NCBI RefSeq assembly: GCF_030028105.1
Contig: NC_092401.1
Span: 15,286,984 to 15,350,983, forward strand
Direction: 5' to 3'
From: Mobula birostris
Taxonomy: Eukaryota
DNA: 64,000 nucleotides
Below are positions 48,833 through 59,706 of this stretch, piece by piece (positions within the stretch are counted from its first letter, which is position 1; every line of letters starts with the position of its first letter). Under the pieces are notes generated by a model that saw only the letters and a list, made by a program, of their open reading frames with translations, made no database searches and was not told where the DNA came from. Both the position numbers and the translations under genes were made by a program.

Positions 48833-50998
48833 TACTTTATACTTTATTGTCGCCAAACAATAGATACTAGGACGTACAATCATCACAGCGATATTTGATT
48901 CTGCGCTTCCCGCTCCCTGGATTACAAATATTAAATATTCAAAATATTAAAAATAGTGCAAATTAGTAAATATTTTAAAAAACTATAAATCGTAAATAGA
49001 AAATAGAAAAAATGAAAGGTAATGGAAAAAAAACCCGAGAGGCAGGTCCGGATATGTGGAGGGTTCGGCCCAGATCCGGGTTAGGGTCCGTTCAGCAGTC
49101 TTATCACAGTTGGAAAGAAGCTGTTACAAGTATGGCCGTACGAGTCTTCAAGCTCCTGAGCCTTCTCCCGGAGGGAAGAGGGACGAAAAGTCTGTTGGCT
49201 GGGTGGGTTGTGTCCTTGAATATCCTGGCAGCATTGCTCCGACAGCATGCGTTGTAAAGTGGGTCCAAGGACGGAAGATTGGTTTGTGTGATGTGCTGCG
49301 CCGTGTTCACGATCTTCTTTAGCTTCTTTCGATCTTGGACAGGACAACTTCTATACCATGTTGTGATGCACCCTAGAAGAATGCTTTCTACGGGGCATCT
49401 ATAAAAAGTAGTGTGGGTTTTAGGGGACAGGCCAAATTTCTTTAGTTTCTCAGGAAGTAAAGCCACTGGTGAGCCTTCTTGGCAGTGAACTCTGCTTGGT
49501 TGGACCAGGTTATAGATTTTGACCTGTTCCACTTGCACACCACCCGTGTAAATTGGGTCGTACGGTCCACTACTCCTTCTGAAGTCAACAACCAATTTCT
49601 TCGCCTTGCTGACGTTGAGGGATAGGTTATTGTCTTCGCACCATGCCACCAGGTTCTTAATTTCCTCTCTGTACTCAATCTCATCATTACCCGAGATACG
49701 GCCGGCAATTGTTGTGTCATCAGCGAACTTATATATTGAGTTTGATGGAAACTTGGCTACACACTCATGTGTGTACAATGAGTACAACAGGGGGCTGAGT
49801 ACACAGCCTTGTGGGGCACCGGTGCTCTGAGTGATTGTAGAGGAGAGCTTGTCCCCTATGTTTACAACTTGGGTCCTGTATGTGAGGAAATTGAAAATCC
49901 AGCTGCAGATCTGAGTGCTAAGGTCCAGATTCTGGAGCTTTGGAATCAGTTTATTTGGAATGATGTTATTCAAGGCAGAGCTGTAGTCAATGAAAAGAAG
50001 CCTTACGTATGCGTCTTTATTCTTCAGGTGTTCTAAGGAAAAATGTAGGGCCAGAGAGATGGCATCTGCTGTTGACCTGTTGCTCCGGTAGGCGAATTTC
50101 AAAGTGTCGAGGTTGACGGGTAGACTGTGGTTGATGTGTGTCTTAACCAATCTCTCGAAGCACTTCATAACAATTGATGTCAGAGCCACAGGTCGATAGT
50201 CATTCAGGCATGCCACCTTGCTCTTCTTCGGCACTGATATTATCGTTGCCTTCTTAAAACACGAGGGGATCTGAGACAGAAGCAAGGAGCAGTTGAAGAT
50301 GTCAGCAAACACTTCAGCTAGCTCGCTTGCACAGGCCCGGAGAATCCGTCCTGGGGCGCCATCTGGGCCCATCGCCTTCCTTGGATTTATCTCCAGGATA
50401 GCCTTTCTAATGTCTTCCACGGTGACGGTGAATCTCGATGCCACCAGGTCTGGTTCCTCCGGAGGGAGCGGGACGCTTTTCTTCTGTTCGACTCGTCAGT
50501 AGAATACGTTAAGTTCGTCAGGAAGAGAAGCGCCACAGTTATTGATATTCCCAGCATTATTTTCTTTTTTGCGCCCAGTGATCTCATTTAGACCCTGCCA
50601 TAATCTACTGGTATCACTCTGGTTAGCCTGAGCTTGGCTCGATATTGCCTCTTGGCGCCCTTAATGGCTTTTCCAGAGTTCACGCCTGGATTCCGTGTTG
50701 CGACTGGTATCCCCGGACCTAAAAGCCGCAGCTCTAGCCTTTAAAAGGGATTTGACCTTTTAATTCATCCCAGGTTTCCGGTTAGGGAATACCCGGATCA
50801 TCTTGCGAGACGAATAAAGTCCGTGACAGCTGAGGCATGCCCATCGAGGTTAGCTGCCGAGTCCTTGAATACTAACCAGTCCACCAATTCAAGGCTGTCA
50901 CGGAGGACCTCACCCGTTTCCTCCGTCCAACGCGACACTACTTTGGACACCGTGACCTCCCGCTTCCGTTTCCGTTTGTAAGCCGGGAGGAGAAGATA
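48833..50998 (-). mobile_element. Rex1/Babar LINE, 5'-truncated
   Basis: 446-aa ORF 49104-50444: [48 protein letters not shown]. Confidence 0.95.
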
Positions 50999-51715
50999 AC
51001 ATGCCGTGTGTTCTAAAACTGCTGAAAAAGTAGAGGCAATGGTACATTTTTTTTTGAATGGCACTTAATGTTCTGAACCTTGGATATCCTCTGAAATGCT
51101 AACACTGAGGTATTTAAAGTTCCTAACCCTTCCATCACTGATTGGCGAATGTGAACGGGCTCTTGGACATCCAATTTCTTCCTCCTGAGGACAACAATCA
51201 GCTCCTTGTTCTCGCTGATATTTAGGGAGATGTTGTTCTTGTGGCACCGCTCAGTCAGAATTTCAATCCCGCTCCTATATGCTGATTTATCATCTACTTT
51301 GATTCAGACAAAAAGAAGGGTGTCATCGGGTAATTTAAATATACCATTAGAACTATGCTTAGCATCATAGTTAAAGGAGAAAGGTATGTAAGCAGAGGGG
51401 TAAGCACACAGCCTTGTGGGGCGCCTCTGCTGATGAAGATTGAGAGGGATATGTTGTTGCCAATCCAAACTGTTTGGGGTTCTGCAAGGATGTATTGAAG
51501 CATAAGTCTGAGGTGCCTTGTACATAGTAGAAACCACTTGGCATGGTAGGTCACTTGGTGCAGGATACCTGACATGTCAACAGCTGTTCGTGCCATGATG
51601 CAGTTGAAGTTCTGCTCACTGGTGATTTGCGGTTGCTGATAGCTACTGCAGCTTTCTTACTGGGCTCGTATGCAAACTTGACTTGATAGCCAAATTTGCT
51701 AAAGCCATGTGACTC

Positions 51716-54700
51716 AGTGGTGCGAAGGCCACCTCTATAACAATATACATCTAGTGTCAGTATGATTTGGGGTTCAACCAAACAGGAAAGTTGGGATACA
51801 CTGATTAACAAAACCTTGATTTGAGAAAAAGCTGTGTAAATACTGTCCGTACAGAATTACTGGTGGCTAGGAAATGGCGAATCATACGCCAGCATAAGAA
51901 TATAAACAAAGTGAATTTGTTAGTTTCAGTTTTATCAAACAGCTATTAGGAGAAAGAAAAGAAAAAAAAGGCCCGTTAAAGTTTGACCAGTCTAAAGGTG
52001 CAGTCAAAAGCTGGGAATACTGTTGCTCAAAACATTTAATTCTCATCAGCAATCACAGTAGAACTTCCGATTTTCGACGCCTTAATCTTGCAAAGCACTT
52101 TTTGCAATAGTGCCTTCTCATCGGATTGAATCGGTTCTTCCCAAATTTCTCTTCTCTAAATCTCCTGCCAAAATAGCACAAGCCCCACCACCATCTTTCA
52201 CAAATCTCCCTCTACCCAGCTCTCTCTCGAACCTTCTCCGGGTCTCGCTATCTGGATTGGCGAACACAATATTCCTAAATTGAACATGTCTTCATATCTT
52301 GATCTGAAACCAAAACATTCTACCAGCAGAACACGCTGCTTTTACAGAAAACGACTAAGATGAAATACCTCACAGCATATAAATTTAACCAAATCAGCAC
52401 ACTACATTTTTTGTTACAGATGGTCTTTATTTGGCACAGGTAAGGGGCGAAGATGGTGCCACCTCAACACATCTCTGATTGAACAGGTCTTTCCATTAAT
52501 CCACCTTGAATTGCCCCATCAATGATCTTCCTTCCATAATAAAGTCAAAGTTTAATAAATGACTTAAGGTGCAATTTTCAGATAATAAGTATAGCCAGGG
52601 GAACAGAAACATGCCCTTTGACCTATTTGGTCCATGTCAACAAAGCTTCTCATCTAAACTTAAGCACAAGACATTCTGCAGACGCTGGGAATCCACAGTA
52701 ATACACACAAAATACTGGAGGAATACAACAAGTCAGGTAGCATCTACAGAGGGGAATAAACCTATGACATTTCAAGCTGCCACCATTCACCAGGACTGGT
52801 ATGGAAGGCAGACAAAGCTAGAATCAGATAGTATGGAAAGGGGGTAGGTGGGAAAGGAGGGATGAAGTTCGAAACTGGGAGATGACAGTTGGAAAAGAAA
52901 AAAGAGCTGAAGAAAAAGGAATTTGATAGGAAAGTGGATCATGGGAGAAAGGGAATTGGGAGAGGCATGAGAGGGAGGCGATAGGCAAGTGATGAAAAGA
53001 GAAGGGCTGGATGGGGATCCAGAACAGGGTATAAAAAAGAGATAGGGAAGGTAAAGAAATTAATGCTCATGCTATAAAGATGGAGGAAACTCAGACAAAA
53101 TATGAGGTGTTGCTCCTTCAGTCCGTGAAAGGGCTCATCATGGCAGTGAAGAGGCCATGGAACAGCATGTCGGAATGGGAATGGGAAGTAGAACTAAAAT
53201 GAGTGGCCACCAGGAACTCCTACCTGTCGCAGATGGAGTGAAAGCATTCAACAAAGTGGTCCCCATTTTTATTTTGGGTCTCACTGATGCAGAGAGCAAA
53301 TCACACAGAAAGGTCCAGATACAGTAGAGGACACCAGCAGGTGAAATGATGCTCTCCTGGAAAGACTGTATGGTGCCCTGAATGGTCATAAGGGAGGAGG
53401 TGAATGGACAGGTGTAGCATTTGTACTGCCTACAGGGATAAGTTCCAGGAGGTTTATCAGTGGGAGGGGATGAAGAATATGAGCAAACAGCAGACAATAT
53501 GATCCCTTTAGAAACTGGAGGGTGATGGGGTAGGGAAAGAAGTGTTTAGTGGTAGCCCTGGCAAGATGGTGAAGATTACAAAAAATGAAATGCAGGATGT
53601 CGAAGATTGTGGGGTGGTAGCATAAGGGGAAATCTCTCCCTGTTATTTTGGTTTAGGGGTACTTGATAAAATAGGCTGCAGTCAGCATGGTTTCAGTAAG
53701 GGAATATCTTGTTTGACGGATCTGTTGAAATTCCTTAAAGGAGTAACAAGTCGGGCAGACAAAAGAGAAACGTTTGATGTTGTGTACTTAGATTTTCAGT
53801 AGCCCTTTGCCATGAGGATGCTGAATAAGTTAAGAGGTCATGGTGTTACGGAAAAAATGGAGGCAGGGATAAAATAGTGGGGGCAAAGAGTGGGAATAAG
53901 GGAGCCTTTTATGGTTGGCTGCAGGTTACTAGTGGTGTTCCACAGCAGTCTGTGTTGGGATTGCTTCTTTCTACATCATAAGTCAATGTATTGGATGATG
54001 GAATTGATGGTGGCTTAGTAGCAAAGTGTGAGGATGATAGGAAGGCAGGTGAAAGGGCAGGTACTTTTCAGGAAGTAGAGAAGCTACAGAAAGACAAATT
54101 AGAATGGACAAATACGTGGCAGATAGAATACAGTTTTGCGATTGGTACAATCATGCAATTTGGTAGAAGAAATAAAAGTGTGAACAATTTTCTGGATGGA
54201 GGGAAAATACAAAGATATGAGTTGCAATGGAGAAAGGAGTGCTTGTGTAGGATTCCCTAAAAGTTAATGTTCAGGTTGAGTCTGTGGTAAGGAAGGCAAT
54301 TGTAATGTTATCATTCATTTCAATCATTGGAAATCAGGATTATCACAGTGTGGCATTGGCCAATGTGGGCACAGGAGCAATATCTTTGCCACCTGTCCCT
54401 AATGCCCTTACATCCTTCCCACAGTGTGGAAACAACACTTCTGAAGCTGGAACAGAATTTTATAAGAGTTCAACATAATTTCCCAGCATTGATAATCTGG
54501 AGCTCTATAGATAAAGACCACATTGTGTGTTACAATTGTTTTCTCAACTTATCCTGCCACCTTGAATTCCTTGTGCAGCACGATTAGCTACAAGGAGATG
54601 CTGGACGATGTAGATCAGCGGTCCCCAACCACCGGGCCGCGGACCGGTACCGCAGAGCATGCGATACCGGGCCGCGAGGATGCGATATGGTTTTGTCAGC

Positions 54701-55193
54701 TGCACCTTTCCTCAATCCCTGTCACGGCCACTGATCAGCCACTACGCATGCGAGGTCATGACCCGCGCGTCATCCGTGTCAGGGCGGGAAGGCGATGAAC
54801 TCCTCGAGCTTGCAAATGACAACGGGCCGAGAAGTCTGTTTGACATAACATCTCTGTCGGCATTTTGGATCAAAGTCAAGGCTAAATATCCTGAGATAGC
54901 CACGAAAGCACTGAAAACGTTGCTTACATTTCCAACATTTTTCTGCGAAGCGGAGTTTTCTGCAATGAATGCAACGAAAACTAAACTGCGGAATAGACTG
55001 GACATCAGGAACCCTCTTCGAGTATCGATGTCTCCCATCACCCCTCGATAGGACCGTCTTGTTGCAGGGAAACAAGCCCAGGGCTCCCGCTGATTCAGCG
55101 ATATTGGTGTGTTGCAATGATTTTATATGTTCATACGGGGGAAATATGTGCTGTGCGTTTAATATCCAAATATTGCTTAAAATGTTATGATGC
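51716..55193. repeat. Donor copy of the 3.48-kb duplication
   Basis: As above; the hAT element continues intact past the breakpoint only in this copy. Confidence 0.97.
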
Positions 55194-55821
55194 TAGTGAC
55201 TTATATAACCGTATAACAATTACAGCACGGAAACGGGCCATCTCTGCCCTTCTAGTCCGTGCCGAACGCTACTCTCACCTAGTCCCACCGACCTGCACTC
55301 AGCCCATAACCCTCCATTCCTTTCCTGTCCAGATACCTATCCAATTTTTTTTTAAATGATCATATCGAACCTGCTTCTGCCATCTCTACTGGAAGTTCGT
55401 TCAACACTTCAAGCTCCCCTGATAATTGACTTATCATTATATCCATGCCAGGAAAATATGCGCTGTGTGTTTAATATTAAATTCATTAGATAAACCCTTT
55501 TAGAAACAAAATTCAGTTTATTACCCACTTATCACATATATTCCGGTAGTGATTAACACCCACCCCCACGAACAGAATCCCCAAAAAGGATTTGCTTGGG
55601 GGGGGGGGGGGAGAATCGGGAGGTAACGACGCGCATGCGCATTGGTGCCCGCGCAAGGCTTCATGGTCATTGTAGTCTTTTAGTAAACAACGCATTTGAC
55701 TGTTACTCTTGTTCGTTGGCAACACTACCACCCCCCCGCCCCCCCCCTCGCGTCGGCCGGTCTGCAAGAATATCGTCAATATTAAACCGGTCCGCAGTTC
55801 AAAAAAGGTTGGGGACCCCTG
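54616..55821 (+). mobile_element. hAT-Charlie/Buster-type non-autonomous DNA transposon (with a CR1 3' tail inserted at ~55205-55410)
   Basis: TIRs cagcggtccccaacc / ggttggggacccctg; 8-bp TSD atgtagat at 54608-54615 and 55822-55829; hAT dimerisation remnant FWIKVKAKYPEIATKALKTLLTFPT.FCEAEFSAM...KTKLRNRLD. Confidence 0.95.
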
Positions 55822-55924
55822 ATGTAGATTGCTTTCTGTGGAGAACTGGAAGCTGAGGGGTGACCTAACACAAGTCTATTTAATTATGAGAAGCATAGAT
55901 AAGGTAGAGTCAATATATTTTAAC

Positions 55925-56537
55925 CAGTGCAGAATATAAGGTGTTGTTCCTCCAACCTGAGTGAGGCTTCATCTTTACAGTAGAGGAGGCCGTAGACAGA
56001 CGTATCAGAATGGGAATGGGACGTGGAATTAAAATGTGTGGCCACTGAGAGATCCTGCTTTCTCTACAACACCTTTTATTCCGTCTGGGTATCCTCCAAC
56101 CTGATGGCATGAACATTGACTACTCAAACTTCCGCTAATACCCCACCTCCCCCTTGTACCCAAGCCGTTATTTATCTATATACACACATACTTTTTCTCT
56201 CTCTCCTTTTTCTCCCTCTGTCCCTCTCATTATCCTTCTTGCCCATCCTCTGGGTTTTTCCCCCCACTCTGTTTTCTTTCTCCCTTGGCCTCCTGTCCCA
56301 TGATCCTCTCATATTCCTTTTGCCAATCAACTTCCAGCTCTTGGCTCCATCCCTCCCCCTCCTGTCTTCTCCTATCATTTCGGATCTCCTCCTCCCCCTT
56401 CCACTTTCCAATCTCTTACTAGCTGTTCTTTCAGTTAGTCCTGATGAAGTGTCTCAGCCCGAAACGTCGACTGTACCTCTTCCTAGAGATGCTGCCTGGC
56501 CTGCTGTGCTCACTAGCAACTTTTATGGGTGTTGCAT
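55925..56537. mobile_element. Penelope-like 3' end with inverted partial duplication
   Basis: 55925-56065 is antisense and 56066-56537 is sense relative to the Penelope 3' end; the aacaccttatattc segment occurs in both orientations. Confidence 0.9.
56437..56472 (+). ncRNA. Minimal hammerhead ribozyme-like motif
   Basis: agtc-CTGATGA-agtgtctcagccc-GAAAC-GTC-gact; stem I and core intact, stem II mutated. Confidence 0.5.
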
Positions 56538-57367
56538 CAAGTTGAGAAACATTATTTATCCTCAATAAATATGTGCTGGCTTCTCTTATTTAACCCATTA
56601 GCCAGTAGGTGACTATAAATTCTGTCGCTGATCAATGTTTCTGAAAGATTTCCCAGGATAAACAGTAAATGGATTAGTTTTATCTTGACTGGCTTTTCTG
56701 AAGAACGGAGTAACATCCATCAGCCTCCAGCCGCCTGACAGCACAATAGCCAAAGAGTTCACAGTAAGTGCATCCACAATATTCTCTGTTACTTCCATCA
56801 AGATCCAAGGATGCATCTCAACGCGTCCTGCTGATTTATAACTCCATGGTGAAAATTTAATGTAACTTATATATCAACTACCTTATTCTTCACTATTACT
56901 TCAAAATCATCCATTTCCTTGGTGAAGAAGGTACAAAGTACTCACTTTGTTCCTTAACGCTGTCTTCAGCATCCATGGCTAAATTCCCTCCAAGTACCAT
57001 TATAAGCTCATTGTAAACTCTTCGATTCCAACCTATGTTTACAGCTACTCATGTGCACATTCTCTGAGCCACCGTATTTTAGTTTTCTCCACCCTCTGAT
57101 ATTTTTATGTTTTGGTGAACACCCGATTTGTCTTTGCATTTGTAATTAGACAGTGTTTTTTTGCTCCACAAGCAGTCTTTTTTTGCGCCCCTCCTACTGC
57201 ATCTTTTTTCACCAACCAGGCAGCTCTGGAATTGTTTATTCTTTCTTTGTTTCAACTTGGAATGTGCCACAGCTATACCTGAGCCACCTCTTCTATAATG
57301 GAAAGCGTTGTTTTACTACACTTTGCCTGTCCCCTTTTGGCTCTAATTTACGTGGGTCAGTGCACTC

Positions 57368-57520
57368 TCAGGTTGTGGAATGTCGTTCCTCTATAAAAAC
57401 ATACATATATTCCTGAACAGGTTGCAAATCTGAAATGCCAATCTTAACAGAGTTTCCGCACTGCACAACTGCCTGGAGCACTGTTTCTCTTATTCTATTC
57501 TGACTTTCAGATTTACAGTT
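57368..57520 (-). CDS. Next (possibly terminal) exon of the EVI5-like gene
   Basis: 91-nt intron then catctcttctgcag|; phase 0, open NCKSESQNRIRETVLQAVVQCGNSVKIG...HSTT*. LQxxVQ-x7-G spacing as in the recalled EVI5 LQEKVQYLSAQNKG. AATAAA on minus strand at 57235-57240. A possible alternative donor follows position 57405. Confidence 0.35.
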   Translation of the reverse strand, partial: NCKSESQNRIRETVLQAVVQCGNSVKIGISDLQPVQEYMYVFIEERHSTT

Positions 57521-57611
57521 CTGCAGAAGAGATGACGAAATCACAATGCAAAACAAAGAGAACTTCCAATTTTCAGAACTGAAATATGTAGCTGCACCAT
57601 GGTGTTTTCAC

Positions 57612-57728
57612 CTTTTCCATTTCCAGGACGTTACAATGTATCTCTTTGAGTGCAGTCAATGCCTCTGCTTCTTTCAGTTGTGATTGTTCGACTTCCATCA
57701 CATATTCCTCTTTATGATGATGCTGACA
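57612..57728 (-). CDS. EVI5/EVI5L-like coiled-coil exon
   Basis: ctcttttacatgtcacag| ... AAG|gtgaaa; 117 nt, phase 0-0; CQHHHKEEYVMEVEQSQLKEAEALTALKEIHCNVLEMEK. Resembles the recalled human EVI5L segment ...LEQSRLRETETLGALREMQDKVLDMEK. Compared from memory, not by search. Confidence 0.55.
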
Positions 57729-57764
57729 CTGTGACATGTAAAAGAGAAGATACACATATCTAAA

Positions 57765-57955
57765 ACAACACACATCAAAGTTGCTGGTGAACGCAGCAGG
57801 CCAGGCAGCATCTCTAGCACCCGCTAAGGGTCTCGGCCTGAAACGTTGACTGTACCTCTTCCTAGAGATGCTGCCTGGCCTGCTGCATTCACCAGCAACT
57901 TTGATGTGTGTTGCTTGAACTTCCAGCATCTGCAGAATTCCTGTTGTTTGCGTTT
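57765..57955. repeat. Penelope-derived fold-back palindrome
   Basis: ~50-bp arms 57765-57817 and 57863-57913 are reverse complements with 1-2 differences. Confidence 0.9.
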
Positions 57956-58589
57956 TTAAGACACATATTTAAAAAGCAGGTTTTGCAAACTTGTGCCCAG
58001 TCAAATGGTTTTGCAAAGCAATTCAACTTTCACTTTCTACGCAAAAAGGGGAAAAATGACTAAATGATCAACACAAGTATATTGTATTAGATTCCCAACC
58101 TTTTGCCTGACCTCAGGAGGAAGTAACAACAAGTGTTTTGAAGAACAAAAAAAATCTTTTTGATACACCAAGGCAAAGAAGCTTAGGGGCTAAGAGCTGG
58201 TCAACAATACTACCATTGCTGAGGTACTTGATGGTGGCACAATGACCTTGTTTCAGTGCTGCATGACACAATGACAGTGCTGAGAGTGGCTGCAATCTTT
58301 ACAATTACAAAACCAATAGCTGCTTAACAAATAAAGTGTACCAAATAAATATTAAGAATCTGTTTAGAACAAAGAATGAAGAAAACCAAACTGCATTTAC
58401 ATAGCACTTGTCATGACATCACATAATCCCAAATGTGTACAAGTAATACACAGGTTGTAAAAGCTTTGACAGACCTCAGCTGCAGCACTGCGTTCAGTTT
58501 TGGGCACTGTGTCCACGTAAAAGAGCAGAACGTTAACTCACTGGACTGATACTAGGGTTTACGGTATTAAATTATCTGGATAGATTGAC

Positions 58590-58850
58590 CCAGAGACTCA
58601 TTCCACCGAAATGCAATACAGAACGTCATAGGAAGTCATTCCTGCCTGTGGCCATCAAATTTACAACTCCTCCCTTGGACGTCAGACACCCTGAGCCAAT
58701 AGGCTGGTCCTGGAATTATTTCCTGGCATAATTTACGTATTACTATTTAATTATTTATGGTTTTATTGCTATTTAATTATTTATGGTGCAACTGTAATGA
58801 AAACCAATTTCCCTCGGGATCAATAAAGTATGACTATGACTATGACTATA
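58590..58850 (+). mobile_element. Rex1-type LINE 3' end with (gactat)n tail
   Basis: ccctcgggatcaataaagtatgactatgactatgactat. Confidence 0.75.
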
Positions 58851-59267
58851 GCATTTCCATTATATTCCAGACCGGTCAAAGCACTGATTTTAAAAGCATC
58901 ATAAGGGTTGGTCTGTTCTGGTTGACCAAAAAGAAGAACCATTTCCAAAGAGAGGGGTAGCTGGAAGGAGAGTAATTTTATATCCTGGGAAAAACCATGA
59001 TCATGGTAGAAATCTTGAACACTCCTTGACTCTAGGGATGCGTGATATTCTTCAAATCAAAGAGATAGACTGATATTAGAAAAGTTTATCAAAGGAAAAG
59101 GTCCAAAGGCAGATGAATGGAATTGAGCCACAAAAAACTCTGAATTCGAACATAATGAAAACAAATTCAAATGAGTGGAACTGTAAGTCTCATGTCTTTC
59201 AAGACTTAAATTTTCTGGTCAGATGGGATGAGGCCCTGGATTAGAATGCCCTTGTCTGAATAATTAC

Positions 59268-59359
59268 TGTCTGCTCCTCTACAGTATCTTTCACATTCCT
59301 TTTAGTAGATTCTAGTGTGCTTTCCTTGCTAATAATGCAATAATTTTGAAGTGAAGCCA
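59268..59359 (-). CDS. Weak candidate upstream exon of the EVI5-like gene
   Basis: caatag| ... |gtaatt; ends in phase 0, matching the next exon; ...QNYCIISKESTLESTKRNVKDTVEEQT loosely recalls EENYVIKRE...IRQLQEQQ. Confidence 0.25.
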
Positions 59360-59706
59360 CTATTGCAACACAGACAGCAGTCAATTTGCACACAGGAATC
59401 CAACAGAAATAATCTGCCTCCAAATGTAAATTCCAATAACTTTGCATTTTTTACAATCGGAATCATCACTGTTGTTCCTCTTCTTTTCCTTAATCTACCA
59501 AGTCAAACTTCTATTCTCTCCTCTACTCTAATCTAAGTTTGCATTTTGCCCATTCCTCATGCCTTTTACTCCCTAAACTGCTGGACACACAATTTCTCTC
59601 AGTGACCCTAACTTCAGCAAAGTATTGTCTCTTCCCCACTCAATCACTCCCTAACCTCCTAGACTTGTAATTAGCACTCTCATGTCCAAACATACTAAGA
59701 TGCAAC

